From: the human T2T-CHM13v2.0 reference genome, Homo sapiens
Reading direction: 5' to 3' (one strand)
DNA: 64,000 nucleotides
Assembly (NCBI RefSeq): GCF_009914755.1
Contig: NC_060932.1
Shown here: piece after piece, positions 44,645 through 58,215 of the stretch
Numbering within the stretch: the first letter of the stretch is position 1
Layout: each line of letters opens with the position of its first letter
Made by a program: the position numbers and the translations under genes
Notes under the pieces: generated by a model
Database searches by the model: none
Told to the model about the DNA's origin: nothing
Seen by the model: only the letters and a program-made list of their open reading frames with translations

Positions 44645-44800
44645 AAGAACTAATATTTACTGAGTACTCCTTCATGGGCTGGTTACTGGGACTAACACTT
44701 TCCATATATAATAGCTTCTTTTAAGCCTCACAATACATCTTTAAGATGGAACCATTATTATATCCATATGAGAGTGAAACTGAGGCTTAGTGAGGTTAAT
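44645..44800 (-). mobile_element. MIR
   Basis: atttactgagtact...gaaactgaggcttagtgaggttaa. Confidence 0.75.
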
Positions 44801-45345
44801 AAAAGCCAAATATCTTTAAAACAAGATTTTAGTTGTTTCTTTTGCAGGAAGGAGAGAAGTGTCAGCATAGAATTTGGTTTATTAGATGTTTTGAAGCTGT
44901 CTGCTTGAAAAGGTTATCAGAAAATTAAGCCAGCTAATTCTTTCTGAGTTAGTGCAGAAAGTTAAACTTGGAAAAATAAACCTGCTTTATTCTGTAAAGA
45001 TTACGAGGAACGTAAGATAATGCCTGTGCAAAGGAAAATAAATATAGCACATCCAGTTCAAGGTGGGTTTTTGGGTGATAATTTTTTAAAGTGATAGTGT
45101 TCTAAATAGACTAATCAAGATCAGTTACTAATCAAGATTATGATAGCTATTTAGATATAGTCTCCATAAGAAGCAAAAATGATGTCAAGCCTCCTTCCAC
45201 TGATACATGTCCTACTTCTCAATACTGTCCTACCGTCTAACTACCCAACAAGGTGTACATTTCTCAGTCTTCAAAGTCTAAGCAAGAAAGCAAATTGGAT
45301 TGATGGAATAATTTAAAAAAAAAAACAAAAAGAGAAATTATTTAC

Positions 45346-45777
45346 ATAAAAAAATCTTGAACCACAGCTGTTTACTCTCGATTTCAGCTGAGGTCTCTTG
45401 GCAATTACTGCTGCATTTAAAAACCAAGTACAGAAGCCCTCTGCAGAATTTGCAAAGGAGTTTTCCAAACTGGCTGTGTTATAGCCAGTCATTGATTTAT
45501 AGCCTGTAACACAGTTTTGAGAAAAGAATAGGGATTTACAGAAGGTTTTGGGGAGCTCTGTCAATATGCTGAGTTCAGGTTCCTTCACCTAAAGCCTAGG
45601 GAAGGAATAAAGGCCACTCAGAGTTCGATGTGTGTCCTCTGGATCTAGGTGCAGTAAAGTGAAGTCTGACTGATGCTTCCGAAATCTAAGCATCTGCATT
45701 TGTCTCTCTGATGACAGAGGGAAAATAATTTCCTGTTAATGTAGAGCTTGTCAGAACAGAGGATGCTTTGGTCTTTC
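45346..45777 (-). pseudogene. Dynein pseudo-exon: AAA3 lid
   Basis: One frame of 144 codons with only 3 stops; IIFPLSSERQMQMLRFRK ~ NLLPTPAKSHYLFNLRD; PRL*VKE ~ KRLWVHE, with the stop (TAG, 45591-45589) at the conserved Trp. Confidence 0.7.
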
Positions 45778-45834
45778 CTATGTATTTGATAATAGATGTG
45801 ATATATGTGAAATGCATGGAGTGGGCTTGTCTTA

Positions 45835-46180
<346 letters not shown>

Positions 46181-47943
46181 CCTCAGCAGAAAAAAAATTA
46201 GAAGTGCCACACGCGGTGTCCAGGTATGTGCAGTGTGGCAGCTGGAATAGCAAGGCAAGTGCCTGGATCAAGGAAACTTCAAATGAGGGATCTCCCATGA
46301 GGGGAGTGTCCACTTGGAAGACCTCCAGGCCTGGAGAGCATCAGTGTAGATTAGCGCTAAGTAAGTTACGGCTACCATTTTTGTTGCTTCTGTCTGTTCC
46401 TTCTTACCTCTCCTTCCCTGAAGGGTGACGAGCCAAAATTATTAAAAGCTGAGAAAGAAGTGGCGAGGAGAAGTAAGCTGAACATGCCCTCTTTTTCGGC
46501 TTCATGAAAAAAAAATATGTTTAAATGAACCTAGAATTGTTATTACATTGGATTGAATATTCTAATTACTGAACTGATTGTTTTGAGACAAAAGTGACAG
46601 GAAGAACTTTTATTACCTGAGAATGACCTGGAGAGTCATGGACCTACCCTTGCTTTTATTCACGAAGTGAGAAAATGGAGAACCCTTCTGTATTTTTTTT
46701 CTGTCCTTACTCAGTGTAGCAGTTATTGTAATTTGTAATACTTCTGCAAAAATAATCTATAGATATTCCAATTTTAAATTCAGAATTTGCAGACACATAC
46801 ATTGGTTTAACAAAACTGTAATAAGTATTCAGTCTGAAAAATTTGTTTTTCATATAATGCCAACCTTATACTTTATTGCAATATTTGAGGTGTTTATTAT
46901 CTGAGGGTATTAAATACTAAGGAAATTCTGATTATAGAATACTTTCTTAGGTTTCATTTTGTAAGTGCCTACAGCATATTGAGCTTGAGAGATGAATTGT
47001 TCATTTAAAGTTCATTTAAAACTGTCAGACAGTAATTTAACTTTTTTTCCCCACTGTCTGTCAACTGCAACTTGACATCATGCATCAGGCTGAGTGACAC
47101 AGGTTTCTAGAGACTGCAATTTAGTTTCTGCATGTCCCATCGGCATGAATAACAGCTTTTCAAGAACACTGTTATCCCCAGAGGGTGTCTACAAAAGATT
47201 ATCTAATTTGACTTGCTTTAAAAAATAGCTTATCACAAAGATTTCTAATTTGTTCTACCTGATCCTTTAGTTACTGATACTATTAGCCATAGCAAATCAT
47301 AGCTGTTGACTTATCTTATTCATTTCATAATCAGTAATATTGAACATTAATCAGAAGTGATGTTTCATTGTATGGTTGACAACTGCAAAGCTATAGGGCA
47401 TTTAAAAGTCATAGACAAAGAGATAAAAGTAACAATTTACTTGGAGAAAACCTTGCATATAACAAGTAAAACTAAAATCTCAAGCAGTATTCCAAGTGTG
47501 AGTACCCTTTCTAAAAATCTACAATTTATTGGGTCCTTGCTATATATTAGGCTTAAGACTCCTGTTAATTTTATTTTACAAGTGGGAAAAGTGTGGCTAG
47601 AGTGGAGGTGTTAAATTAGTCAAAGTAATATATGGGGAGTGAGTTTACAAAACTCAGTTGTAAATTGAATACGTTCAGTTCTAGGGTTGTCTAACAATAA
47701 ACCTCATTCACTCTGACACAGCACCACATCACCTCTCGAAGTACTGTCTAGTTGCAATGTCAACCTCTATAGGGATGGCTGGACAGAAATTAAAAGATAA
47801 TAAAAATCATTTACCAGCAATTTTGAAAGTTCTTGAATTCTTGTATTACTTGAATTACAACAAAGATATGGCTGTTGTAACAGAGACTCTAGGTAACAAA
47901 GGCTTAAACTAAATTGAACTTAATCATTTTAATTATCTTTCAC

Positions 47944-48098
47944 CTGATTGTCTAGGAGAATGTTGTCCAGGACTTCTTGGTTAACTCTCTAGTACCAGGA
48001 GACAAGACTTTTTCAATCTTATTCCTCGTTAGTGAGTTGCTTTTATCTACATATCCAAGACAATTAACTACAATTATGTCCGCATTCTTGCCAGGGAG
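47944..48098 (-). pseudogene. Dynein pseudo-exon: AAA3 sensor region
   Basis: Strong acceptor CTCTCGTTCTCTTTCCTTCAG and donor CAG|GTGAAA; NADIIVVNCLGY..NSLTR...VNQEVLDNILLD ~ LVDIQIMCAMGP..NPVTPR...FSDKSMYTIFSR. Confidence 0.65.
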
Positions 48099-48157
48099 CT
48101 GAAGGAAAGAGAACGAGAGAACACACTTCTTCTTTATAAGATTTGAACATCGCTGGT

Positions 48158-48513
48158 TGCTATGGTGTGAATGTTTGTGTTTCCCCACCACCTCCAGTTC
48201 ATATGATGAAACCTTAAACCCCTCAGGGTGAGGTATTATAAGGTGAGGTCATTAGGCCATGAGAGCTGAACCCTTCTGATTGGGATTAGTGCCCTTATAA
48301 AAGAGGCAGCAGGGTGCTACTCGACCCTACCAGCGTGTGAGGACACAGTGAGAAGGTACCATCTATAACTAGGAAATGAGCCCTGAGCAGATACCAAATC
48401 TGCTGGTGCCTTGATCTTGGACTTAGCCTCCACAACTGTGAGAAATGAATTTCTGTTGCTTATAAGCTACGTAGAATAAGCTATTTTGTTATAGCATCCT
48501 AAATGGATTGACA
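48158..48513 (+). mobile_element. MLT1A0-like LTR
   Basis: tgctatgg..gggattagtgcccttataaaagagg..tgtgaggacacag..gccttgatcttggactt. Confidence 0.88.
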
Positions 48514-48519
48514 CTGATT

Positions 48520-49400
<881 letters not shown>

Positions 49401-49549
49401 ATAAGTTTATATTACCTATTTCTTCTAGATCACTGGCCAAGGTGTTGTCATATCATTAGCCTGGGAAGAGTGACAAACTTGAGAATAAAGTCTATATTCT
49501 GACAAGTGTGTTCTCAGCTAAATATCAATTAAAATATCTAAGTATTTGT

Positions 49550-50040
49550 TACTCTCGGACAAGGGAAGAATGGGCATTTGGGAGCAAAGAATTTTCATCA
49601 TAATATATCTTTTTGGTCACAGAAATGTCAATGCGCTCTCTTCTTCTCAAGTGTAGAAGACGGTTGCTCTTCCCCAAGAAAGACAATCCAAATTTCTGAA
49701 CCGGGCTCGACTTCAATTACAAGCCCTAGAAATTTGAGAGATGTGCTCCTCCTGTTGAATCACCTTTAAATTAAATGACATGTCACCTTCCTGGGACACA
49801 CCCAATGCACAATGGTTATGGAATCATAAAACCATACTGCTAACAAGTATTTGGAAAAGGCAAAAATGAGAAACCCCAGAAGGTAGTGATTCATATAAAA
49901 TATCCTACAATACTGGGCTGGACTAGAGAGTTGTTCTGAACTGTAGCTGAGTAGGATTCTTGCTAAGGCCATCTCCTGGTTGCTCTGGAAGTTATCTTTC
50001 TTATCCATTGTCCTCTGTGACCTCAAATGGTGCTGTCTGA
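49550..50040 (-). pseudogene. Dynein pseudo-exon(s): AAA3 core and Walker B region
   Basis: ILLSYSSEQ ~ LLINFSAQT; GLVIEVEPGSEIWIVFLGEEQPS ~ [38 protein letters not shown] ~ ELLRQWLDHWNWYD. Confidence 0.6.
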
Positions 50041-50310
50041 AAGATCTGCGCAAGTCATAATTGAAGTGAGCATGTGGTATTTTCTTGGAGAGGACCAGCT
50101 TTTCTCAGTTTTCTTCTTGTATATGTTTGGAACTCCAATTTTAGTTTTACTGGCTGCCTAGGAATTTTTAGGACTGGTTTGTAGTTTCTTTAATTATATA
50201 ATTTAGTCAAAAACGTTGCTGATGGTTAGTTTCTGATTAATTTCATATGTTAACGGTCATAGCAAAGATAACACTTGGATAGGTTTTTAAGCCTAAAAAC
50301 ATTTATTTAC

Positions 50311-50700
50311 TTGTCTCTTCTGCTTTTTCTCTTCCCCTTTCTCCTGATATAATGGTGATTTCCTTGGAGCCATCTGAAAATAGGCTGAGGGAATAAGGCA
50401 GTAATTTTAATCTGATTTTCAGTTGTTCAATGGACTCCTATTATCTGGCCTTTAAAGGTGAAGGCTTTCAGGGCACAGATTTATCTGTTCCCCAAACTAC
50501 CTTTTCAGAATCATTGTAAAAAGTTGCTTAAGTTGTGTTTATCAATATTCCAAGGCCCCAAGTTTCCAGATCCTAGTCACCTTGGGTTTCTGATCGTAGG
50601 CTGAGAAAAATCTGTCTAAAAACTGAGTTATTTTCAATTTCAGCATACACATTTATAGCATTGATCTTAGTCACTCAAACTGAACTTTGCTGAAAGTGCC
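50311..50700 (-). pseudogene. Dynein pseudo-exon: AAA2 lid to AAA3 Walker A region
   Basis: QIIGVH*TTENQIKITALF...KEITIISGERGREK ~ EIIVPTLDTIRYSALM...KPSIFVGPTGTGK. Confidence 0.6.
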
Positions 50701-51049
50701 AAGAAACACCCAATACATACCAATTTTGTCAGTTTTTCTCCATAGTTTCTCTTAGAGTTACAAGCTCTGAGGCACACGGTTTTCCCTATGAGGATTTTGT
50801 ATAACACCCCAAAATGCTTTCCCACGGCGTAATAAGGGACACTAGTTTGCCTGTAGACACTTTCTGTGTTTCTGCAACTGACTTCTAAGTGATGGCTAGC
50901 TATTCTTGATCTTGTTCTGACCAAATTTTTTATTTGTTATCATATATAGGTACTATAAAGAGACCTAAACTTACATTGACCTAGTAAAATAAATATGCGT
51001 TATTTCTCTCCTATACGGTCTGGCCAGAAGTAGTATGAAGATGACCTTG

Positions 51050-51390
51050 TGCCAGGGGCCCAGGTTCATTTTACAACATTGCTGCAGCGCCTCTAAGATG
51101 TTGACTTTTACCACGTAGTGCAGGATCGCCCATAACTTTTCTATTCCAGCCAGTGACCTGGTCTGAAACAAAAAGAGTGGGGAACTCTTCCTTTAAATGA
51201 CATGGCTCAAAGGTTGCACAAATTACTCATGGTCACACCTCCTTGACCAGAAATCAGCCATATGTTCACACCTAGCTGCAAGGTAGTTTGGAAAATGTAG
51301 TTTTTATTCTGAGTGAAAATCACTGAGATACAAAGCAATTTTTGTAATGAAAAGGAGGAAATAGATATTGGATGAAACATAGCTATTTCC
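51050..51390 (-). mobile_element. Old MLT1 (J/K-like) fragment
   Basis: ttgaccagaaatcagccatatg..cacacctagctgcaagg...aaatgtagttttta. Confidence 0.6.
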
Positions 51391-51515
51391 TACTTTTTTA
51401 CTTATTGCCATGAAAACTAACAGTAGGAGCAAGCAGTAGCTAGAAAAACTGAGTTTGTAGTGCAAGTTGATTTGTATATTTTCTTTACACTATTTACCTT
51501 TGAAACCTGATTAGC

Positions 51516-51596
51516 CTTTTTTCTTTTCTTTCTTCCTGAGACAGAGTCTTGCTCTATCCCTCAGGCTGGAATGCAGTGGCATAATCTTGGCTCACT
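51516..51596 (-). mobile_element. Alu 3' fragment
   Basis: gagacagagtcttgctct..caggctggaatgcagtggc. Confidence 0.85.
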
Positions 51597-52819
51597 TAAA
51601 AGCTGATTTTTCTTAATCCATACTAGTTTTATTTGGTCTCTAAGCTTATAGTATCATGTAAATGCAATACCTGGAATAAGGATACTAATTTCAGTGGTAG
51701 CATTTAAATTAGACACTGACAATTTATTCTCTATTTTTCTTATTCTTTAAACTTTACTTACATACTCTAGTTTCTGAAGAGATGCACAAATGTTATACAC
51801 CTAAGTATTTCAGTCTGACTTAGCATGTTAGAGATGAAGATGTTTAAAAAGTAAAACAAAAAAATAGCTCTTACAGAATTGATTCTAATTTATGTTAATT
51901 AATAAAGCAACATTTTAGAGCCAGAAATGAGTAATTCCCACTAAAATCTAAAATGCTATCTTTATGTAACCTTCTTCATTTTAGCCAAGGAAATTTTGTT
52001 CCACTCACTGTCCATCCTTTTTGGCTGGTAATATCATTAACTTAAATGCTTTCCCTCTCTTTGGCCATTAGGTTATGAAGTCTAATATTGGAAATGGGAT
52101 AAGTATATCATTGTGAATTTAGGTCACCTAGATCATAATTTGATTCTATTTGACTCTCATAATTTATAATTGTCAATGTTTTGTTTGGAGATTGAAAGCA
52201 CTTAAAATACCTTATGGTTACTTTCAGTAGGGTGCTCATTTTACTTAAAGATCTAAATATAACTTTTCAAAATTTTAGTGGAAACAAAGATTGAAATTAG
52301 GTGTCGGGTGGTATACATACTTAAAAACCTCATGTCACTCTTACAACAAATTCCAATGAATTATAAAAATCCAACTTGCTTTTATTATCATGATGTTTTA
52401 CATAACAGTTTACCCAAACCCCACAGAGTTTAAGGCTCCTCAAGGATCCTCATAAGATCAATTTAAAAAGGAAGCAAATTATCTTAACACATTCTGGCTC
52501 GGAATCGGTGTAATTTTGTGTTATAGATTAGAATTTAAACCAAGACACAAATTGTCCGTTGGCTGCCATGAGCCACAGATGTCTTGAAAATACATTTTGT
52601 TTAGCCAGGACAATATTTTAAAAATAAAATGCAATCAGTTGTCAACGTTTAAAAAATTAAATGTTATACATGAAATTTATAGTTGCAGCTTTTCTTTAAA
52701 TAACAAATGTTGATGTTTGGCCATGTAGGGTTCCCATTTCACATGTGCTGAGTAGTGACTGTTCTCTTAGAAGAGGCACAGGTTTTCTGGCTCAGTTCAC
52801 TAATATTGGTCCCTTTTTG

Positions 52820-53657
52820 CTTGTGAGTGCTCTACATCAAGCCAGGTGGAGCGCCACTTGATGGAATCTCAATAGAGTTGTGCTATGGTTTGAATGTGTC
52901 CCTCAGTGATCATGTGTTGACAACTTAATCCACATTGCAACAGTATTGGGAGGTGGGGTCCTAATAAGAGGGGATTAGGTCATGGATGGTGTGCCCTCAT
53001 GAATGGATTAATGTCATTATCAGGAGTAGTTTTCTCGAGAGTGGTGTTCTTATAAAAGTTAGTGTGGCCTCCTCTTACTCTCTTGCCTTTGCTATGGGGT
53101 GATGCAGCAAGTAGACCTTCACCAGATGCAGGCCACATGACCTTGGACTTCACAGCCTCCAGAGCTGTAAGAGATAAATCATTGTTCTTTAAAAATGACC
53201 TGGTCTATGGTATTCTGTTACAGTAACGTACAATGGATTAAGACCAGTTGGAAGAGGGAGGAGATAGTTGAGGGCAAGCAATCTTAGTAGCTGGGCCAGT
53301 TCTTTACTGAGATGTCCAGCAGCGCCCCAATGCATCTTCCAGTCCATTCTTCTCTGAACTTCTCTCCAGAGCTTCCACTCCCATCACTCTTTCATCCAAC
53401 ATGCCTCCTTTGGGGCATGCTGCTGTCACAGGGGAAAGCCAGGGCCTGTGTCCTTTCAGTACTTTTGGATTCCTGCTACTGCTAGAGTCACCTCCAATGC
53501 TTGTTGTCCTATACTTCATTGAAAGAGATAAAATTTGACTTCATTCTTTTTCTTAGCAGAAGTGTCTTTGGCACAGAGATGGGATTAGACATAGAATGGT
53601 TATGAGTCCCACGATAAATTGTAAGGGAATTTTGGAGTTAAAGAAAGTAGTCAAATC
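52820..53657 (-). pseudogene. Dynein pseudo-exon: AAA2 C-terminal part, split by the MST LTR
   Basis: Acceptor TTCCTTCCCCAG; GFDYFL*LQNSLTIYRG ~ NMNTVLDDNKKLCLMSG; NFISFNEV*DNKHWR*L ~ GMIYMEPHMLGWRPL; frame LAQLLRLLALNYLLPLPTLLRF reads across the LTR insertion site. Confidence 0.6.
52881..53245 (+). mobile_element. MSTC/D-like MaLR LTR
   Basis: tgctatggtttgaatgtgtcc...ccctcatgaatggattaatg; 5-bp TSD agttg (52876-52880, 53246-53250). Confidence 0.9.
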
Positions 53658-53824
53658 CTGGGGAAGGAATTAAAACTAACTGGTCTAATTAGGTTGAAAT
53701 GTTAATTCTACTTAACAAATACAAGTACAAAACTAGGGTTTATTACAGTTAGTAGCCATCTTGGTTAAGTGACTGATTGTCATGGTATCAAAGTGCCTGT
53801 TTCAAGTAGCCCTTATTTTTGCAA

Positions 53825-53980
53825 GGTGAGATTTCATCACACTAATCACAGTGGCATGCTACTTAAAACATTTGAATCATTTATTTCTGGAATTTTTCAT
53901 TTAATATTTTTGGACTATGATTGACCTTGGGTAATTGAAACTGTAAAAAGCAAAGCCACCAATAAGGTGGTACTAGTGTA
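53825..53980. mobile_element. MER8-like Tigger MITE half
   Basis: gagatttcatcac...atttctggaatttttcatttaatattttt. Confidence 0.7.
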
Positions 53981-54199
53981 TCTGTGATGTTTGTAAATTA
54001 AAAAAGAAAACATGTGAAAGATGATGAAAAAAACATAAAAATGAGATACGATTAAGAAAAAACAGGAAAATAGGAATGCCTAAATTTGGGAGAGCAGGCA
54101 GAAAATAAAATCTGGCAAAAATGGAAGAAGGAACTTGTGGAATATGCAACAAGTTACAAAATCATCACCTTTTTTTTTTTTTATTATGCGTCCCAAAGA

Positions 54200-54683
54200 T
54201 TAAAGATTGATGCATCAGTGCTACTATTGTCAGGGAGTGATCCGGTCCCCAAATTGTTTTGCATAATGCTCTACCCCTGGATACTTCAAAGTCCCCAGAG
54301 TATGCAGATTCTGCTCATCGTGGCTGTGTCTTGCTTGTTATGCTATTTGTAACTCTAGTCTTGTTATTTCATATCTGTTTACACATGCTGAGGTACGTGA
54401 ATCAGTAAATTATTTCCCTGGACTCCAATTTTGTCAAAGTTATTTTGAATTAAGTTCTGTTCCCTTAATTTGTCCCATCCTCCCGGTATGTGATGTGTTT
54501 TGTTTATTCACATTTGCAACCTTCATCATTTTTACTGGTTGCTTCCATTCCAGCATTGGAAATACAAAAAATAGTGAATCAAAATGGTCTTCATATTTTA
54601 ATCCCCATGGAGCCTCACTTGTCACTGATCTTCACCTTCAAATGCTTCCTTTCTCCGAGCCATTTGTCAGTGGACTCACTCTC
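54200..54683 (-). pseudogene. Probable dynein pseudo-exon: AAA2 N-terminal part
   Basis: Non-repeat coding-like sequence at the expected position after an AG acceptor at 54684; motif match weak (STDKWL). Confidence 0.4.
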
Positions 54684-54949
54684 CTATGTTGCAAATAGTG
54701 CTTGTTGATCTTGGAGATTAATCTTTGGTGGGTGATGTATTTTTGAAAACTCACTGAACTTCGGGTACTGTGGTTTATGACTGTGGTTTACTTCAGTTAG
54801 ATATGAGATATTAGTCCTTCCTAAAAACTTGTCTGTCTGAACAAAATTATTTTTCTATTAAGCCTCTGTTGCTTTTCCATGTTGACTCCATTTTGGTCTA
54901 CAGCACCTCAGGGCATTTATTATTTCTATTGTTCATTATTTATCCTGGG

Positions 54950-55260
54950 ACAATAAATAGTATCAGATATAATACAAGAAAGAACATCATATATGATACT
55001 ATTTGTTGCATATATATTATATATATTGCTCTCTATATATGCATATATAGTATTGTATATATAATATATGTAAAATAATAAATATCCAATACTATATATT
55101 ATATATAGTACATATAAAAATATTTTAATACTATTTATTGGTAATATATGGTAGTACAGTAATATAGTATCGATATATGTGACAAAGTACAATAAATATA
55201 AAGTATAGTGAATAAAATATAAAGTACAGTATTGGAGATATATATATGTAAAATGTATGT
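54950..55260. repeat. AT-rich low-complexity tract
   Basis: Degenerate (TA)n. Confidence 0.9.
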
Positions 55261-55299
55261 TACATTCTTTTTTGGTTCAAAATCCTTAAGTTAAAAGGT

Positions 55300-55510
55300 A
55301 AAAAATCTGGATTCTAGTTATTGTTCAATAATTTATTTGTTGTCCAACATTGGGCAAATTCCTTGCCCTCACTCTACCTCTACCTCAGTTTCCTCATCAG
55401 TGAAATAGGCATAATATTAACTGCCAATCCTCTTCCATAGTGTTTTTACAAAGAAAATACCAGGTATATGGGAAAAGAATTTGAAAGTTTAAATGGCATA
55501 TACAAATAAT
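55300..55510 (+). mobile_element. MIR
   Basis: ttgggcaaatt...cctcagtttcctcatcagtgaaatagg. Confidence 0.75.
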
Positions 55511-55771
55511 GTCATAGTATTGTCACAGGCTAGTAAAGGAACTAGTACAGATATTAGGCCTAAGTGTTAAATGAATTGCTTATATATTCAAATTACTATT
55601 GCTTTTTATAGATTTATACAGTCAAAGGGAATTTTATACTAATGTTATTCCACATGATACTTGCTGGGACTTACATTAGTACAAGTCCCAGTAACGCTCC
55701 CATTCCTGATTAGTGACAGATTGGGAGCAGGATTTAAGACTTCACTCCTGACCTGGCTATTTAAAGCATAC

Positions 55772-55911
55772 CTTGTAGACCAGTTCTTTTCATTGGTGTG
55801 GATACACTGTGGAATATGTTTAGCTTTACTAACAATCACTGCCAATTTTAATGCTCCTCAGTGGGAGAAGCAAAAACTTTTTCGCCCTTACATTGAATCC
55901 GGGTCAACAGA
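55772..55911 (-). pseudogene. Dynein pseudo-exon: AAA1 lid
   Basis: Strong acceptor TTTTTCTTTCTCCACAG and donor AG|GTATGC; FCFSH*GALKLAVIVSKA ~ HYDFGLRALKSVLVSAG. Confidence 0.6.
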
Positions 55912-56236
55912 CTGTGGAGAAAGAAAAATCGCTCTGTTCACCTACCTTGAAATTTTAAAGTTATCAAAATGTTTTCTTGAGGTTTATGCTTCATTTCTTG
56001 GAATATCCAAGCTTCTCCCTTTCCAAATTTCCTCATACCTTCAAGTCCAAAATCCTCCCCCCAATTTTGGCTGATGTTTATTTAGGGTTGAAGTGCAGTT
56101 ATGTTCTCCTGGCCTTCTCTGCCTCCTGAGCTCTGGCTTCTTGAGGTGGAGCTTTGCTTCTACAAAACCCCAACCTGACACTCATTTACAAAAATAAATC
56201 TGTTGCCAAACATTCATCAGGGTGATAGACTTTACT

Positions 56237-56239
<3 letters not shown>

Positions 56240-56274
<35 letters not shown>
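56240..56274. repeat. poly(T) run of about 35 nt
   Basis: Direct reading. Confidence 0.97.
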
Positions 56275-56275
<1 letters not shown>

Positions 56276-56299
56276 GTGAGGGGACTACTTAAAGTAAGG

Positions 56300-56728
56300 G
56301 GTTAATTGCATAGCTTGCAGGATTTTGCAATTTTTGCCCTGCAGTTTTTTTTTTAAACCATGTTCCACTTCTTTTATTGTGTATATCTCAGATGATCTCA
56401 AGAATTCTGAAAGCTTTTCTCTGTAATTTTCAGGGTCATTTAGTTCTCCCGTAGGAAAACTTGGCAAAACCCAGCAGAGCCACAGTTTTAAAGTACAAAA
56501 TTGGCTCATTTCATCAAGCCATTTTCAATATGGTTTCTAGGAGAAATTCTGGTGTCACTATTTGTAAGTAACATTTCTACGTTTCAACTCATAAGCCATT
56601 GCTTTTCCGTAACTACACTAATGCAAGTTTTCTTAAGCTTTATGGGCCAAGTTGATCACTTGATTCTTTATTTTGTCAGTAACAGAATATGCAGAATGAA
56701 CTGCATCTGCAGTTCATTTATAATAAAA
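56300..56728 (-). pseudogene. Dynein pseudo-exon: AAA1 C-terminal part
   Basis: PILYFKTVALLG ~ KALFRTVAMMV; GELNDPENYREKLSEFLRSSE ~ [21 protein letters not shown]; boundaries approximate. Confidence 0.55.
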
Positions 56729-57702
56729 CTGCAAGGCTGATTTAATCGAGTAGCTCACCAATGTCAAAAAATGATACTTTTTCATATGAGTGATCCCTCT
56801 TAAAATGGTGGGTGCTGACATTTGCCAAGGCTACATATTTCTTGTCTATACTTAAAGAGTATGTGTCTCCCTCAGGTTTAACATTAACACTGTTAATCTT
56901 ATGCTGACTAATTTATGCTACGTGTCTGTTTCCGAATCAACTAAGAGCAAGACACACAGATTTTTTTCTTATTATTCAAATTTGTTCAAAAGATAATTGA
57001 CTTTAAAATAATGTAGCTTGGATGTATTCTACTTCATGACTCCATGCATTCTGTTAAATAGGTATAATTGTTCCTATGTTGAAGTTATTTCAGTTTAAGA
57101 AGTATATATTCATGGGTGCTATTTTTTTATTTGATTTAGTTTTAATTGAGCTCTGGAGAAAATCTAGCCAGTACCTATTTCACTGATGTGAACCCTTGCA
57201 TACTGTAAATTTATTAAGATCACAGCATTTCAAAAATTCCTTAAAATTAAGTTGGTCACTCAAAAATATGTAGCTAAACAGAAAGAAGTATTAAAAAACT
57301 AAATGGAGAACCTCAGGAGTATAGCAGATTCCATGGACAAGAAAATGCTGTGGCTCAGTGGTTTGCTTCAGTTTGTGACAGAGAACTTCTGAAATATACA
57401 CACAAGCAGTGAATGAGGAATCTCACAGACTTCCAGGTAAAAAAAATGTGAAGTCAGACCTTAAAATACCAAATGGATATTTTTTTTTCTCCCAACAGTC
57501 TCTGTCCCTACAGGTTTCATCTCATAGTGACTACATTTCATTAATTAGAACAGGAGACAGGAGGGTAAAGAGGGTGTTTTTTTATTTTGTCGTTTGAAAA
57601 AATTGTAAAACCTTGCAATCATAATGCTCCTGTGTACGCTGCCTGCTAGGCTTTATTGCCTGATTGCCTTCTGCTACATGCATTAGCAATACCATGCTTG
57701 AA

Positions 57703-57703
<1 letters not shown>

Positions 57704-57745
<42 letters not shown>
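57704..57745. repeat. (CA)n microsatellite
   Basis: Direct reading. Confidence 0.98.
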
Positions 57746-57747
<2 letters not shown>

Positions 57748-58215
57748 TATACATCATGGAACTTTTGGTTTAACCACCCAGCCATGGTTTTCACGGTCAT
57801 AAACCATTTAAGTCAAAAGCAATCACCAGTACCCTAGACACCACCCACATAAGAGCAGAGAACCCCGTGGCCTGGGTCAGAATGTGCGTCTTCCATGCTC
57901 CATGGAATCTTGGAAACAGATTTCTATTATTTATTACCCAGTACCTGGAAATGCTGTATTTTAATATCAATTTCAATATCACAGAACCATTTGAGTCAAA
58001 GTGCCTTAAGAGATTGTATAGAACACAAATGGCCTAGAAGGGCCGATTTCACAAAAATTAATACTAAGAAAAGACAAAGCAAGGATTAATTCAGAATGGA
58101 AATAATTAGGCATCGATAATGCTTCTGAAGTTATTTTTGAAACAGCAGTAGCTATTTGGAATACTAGTTACAACTTAAGCCTTGAGAACAATTAAAATCC
58201 ATCTACATTAGCTGG

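Noticed and set aside
48050-48098. LPGKNADIIVV resembles the amidohydrolase PGKxAD motif
   Set aside because: No other amidohydrolase motifs; its position fits the dynein AAA3 series better.
56380-56450. YREKLSEFLRSSEIY resembles a VPS39/TGFBRAP1 repeat segment
   Set aside because: Isolated similarity; adjacent FKTVAL and the collinear context favour dynein AAA1.
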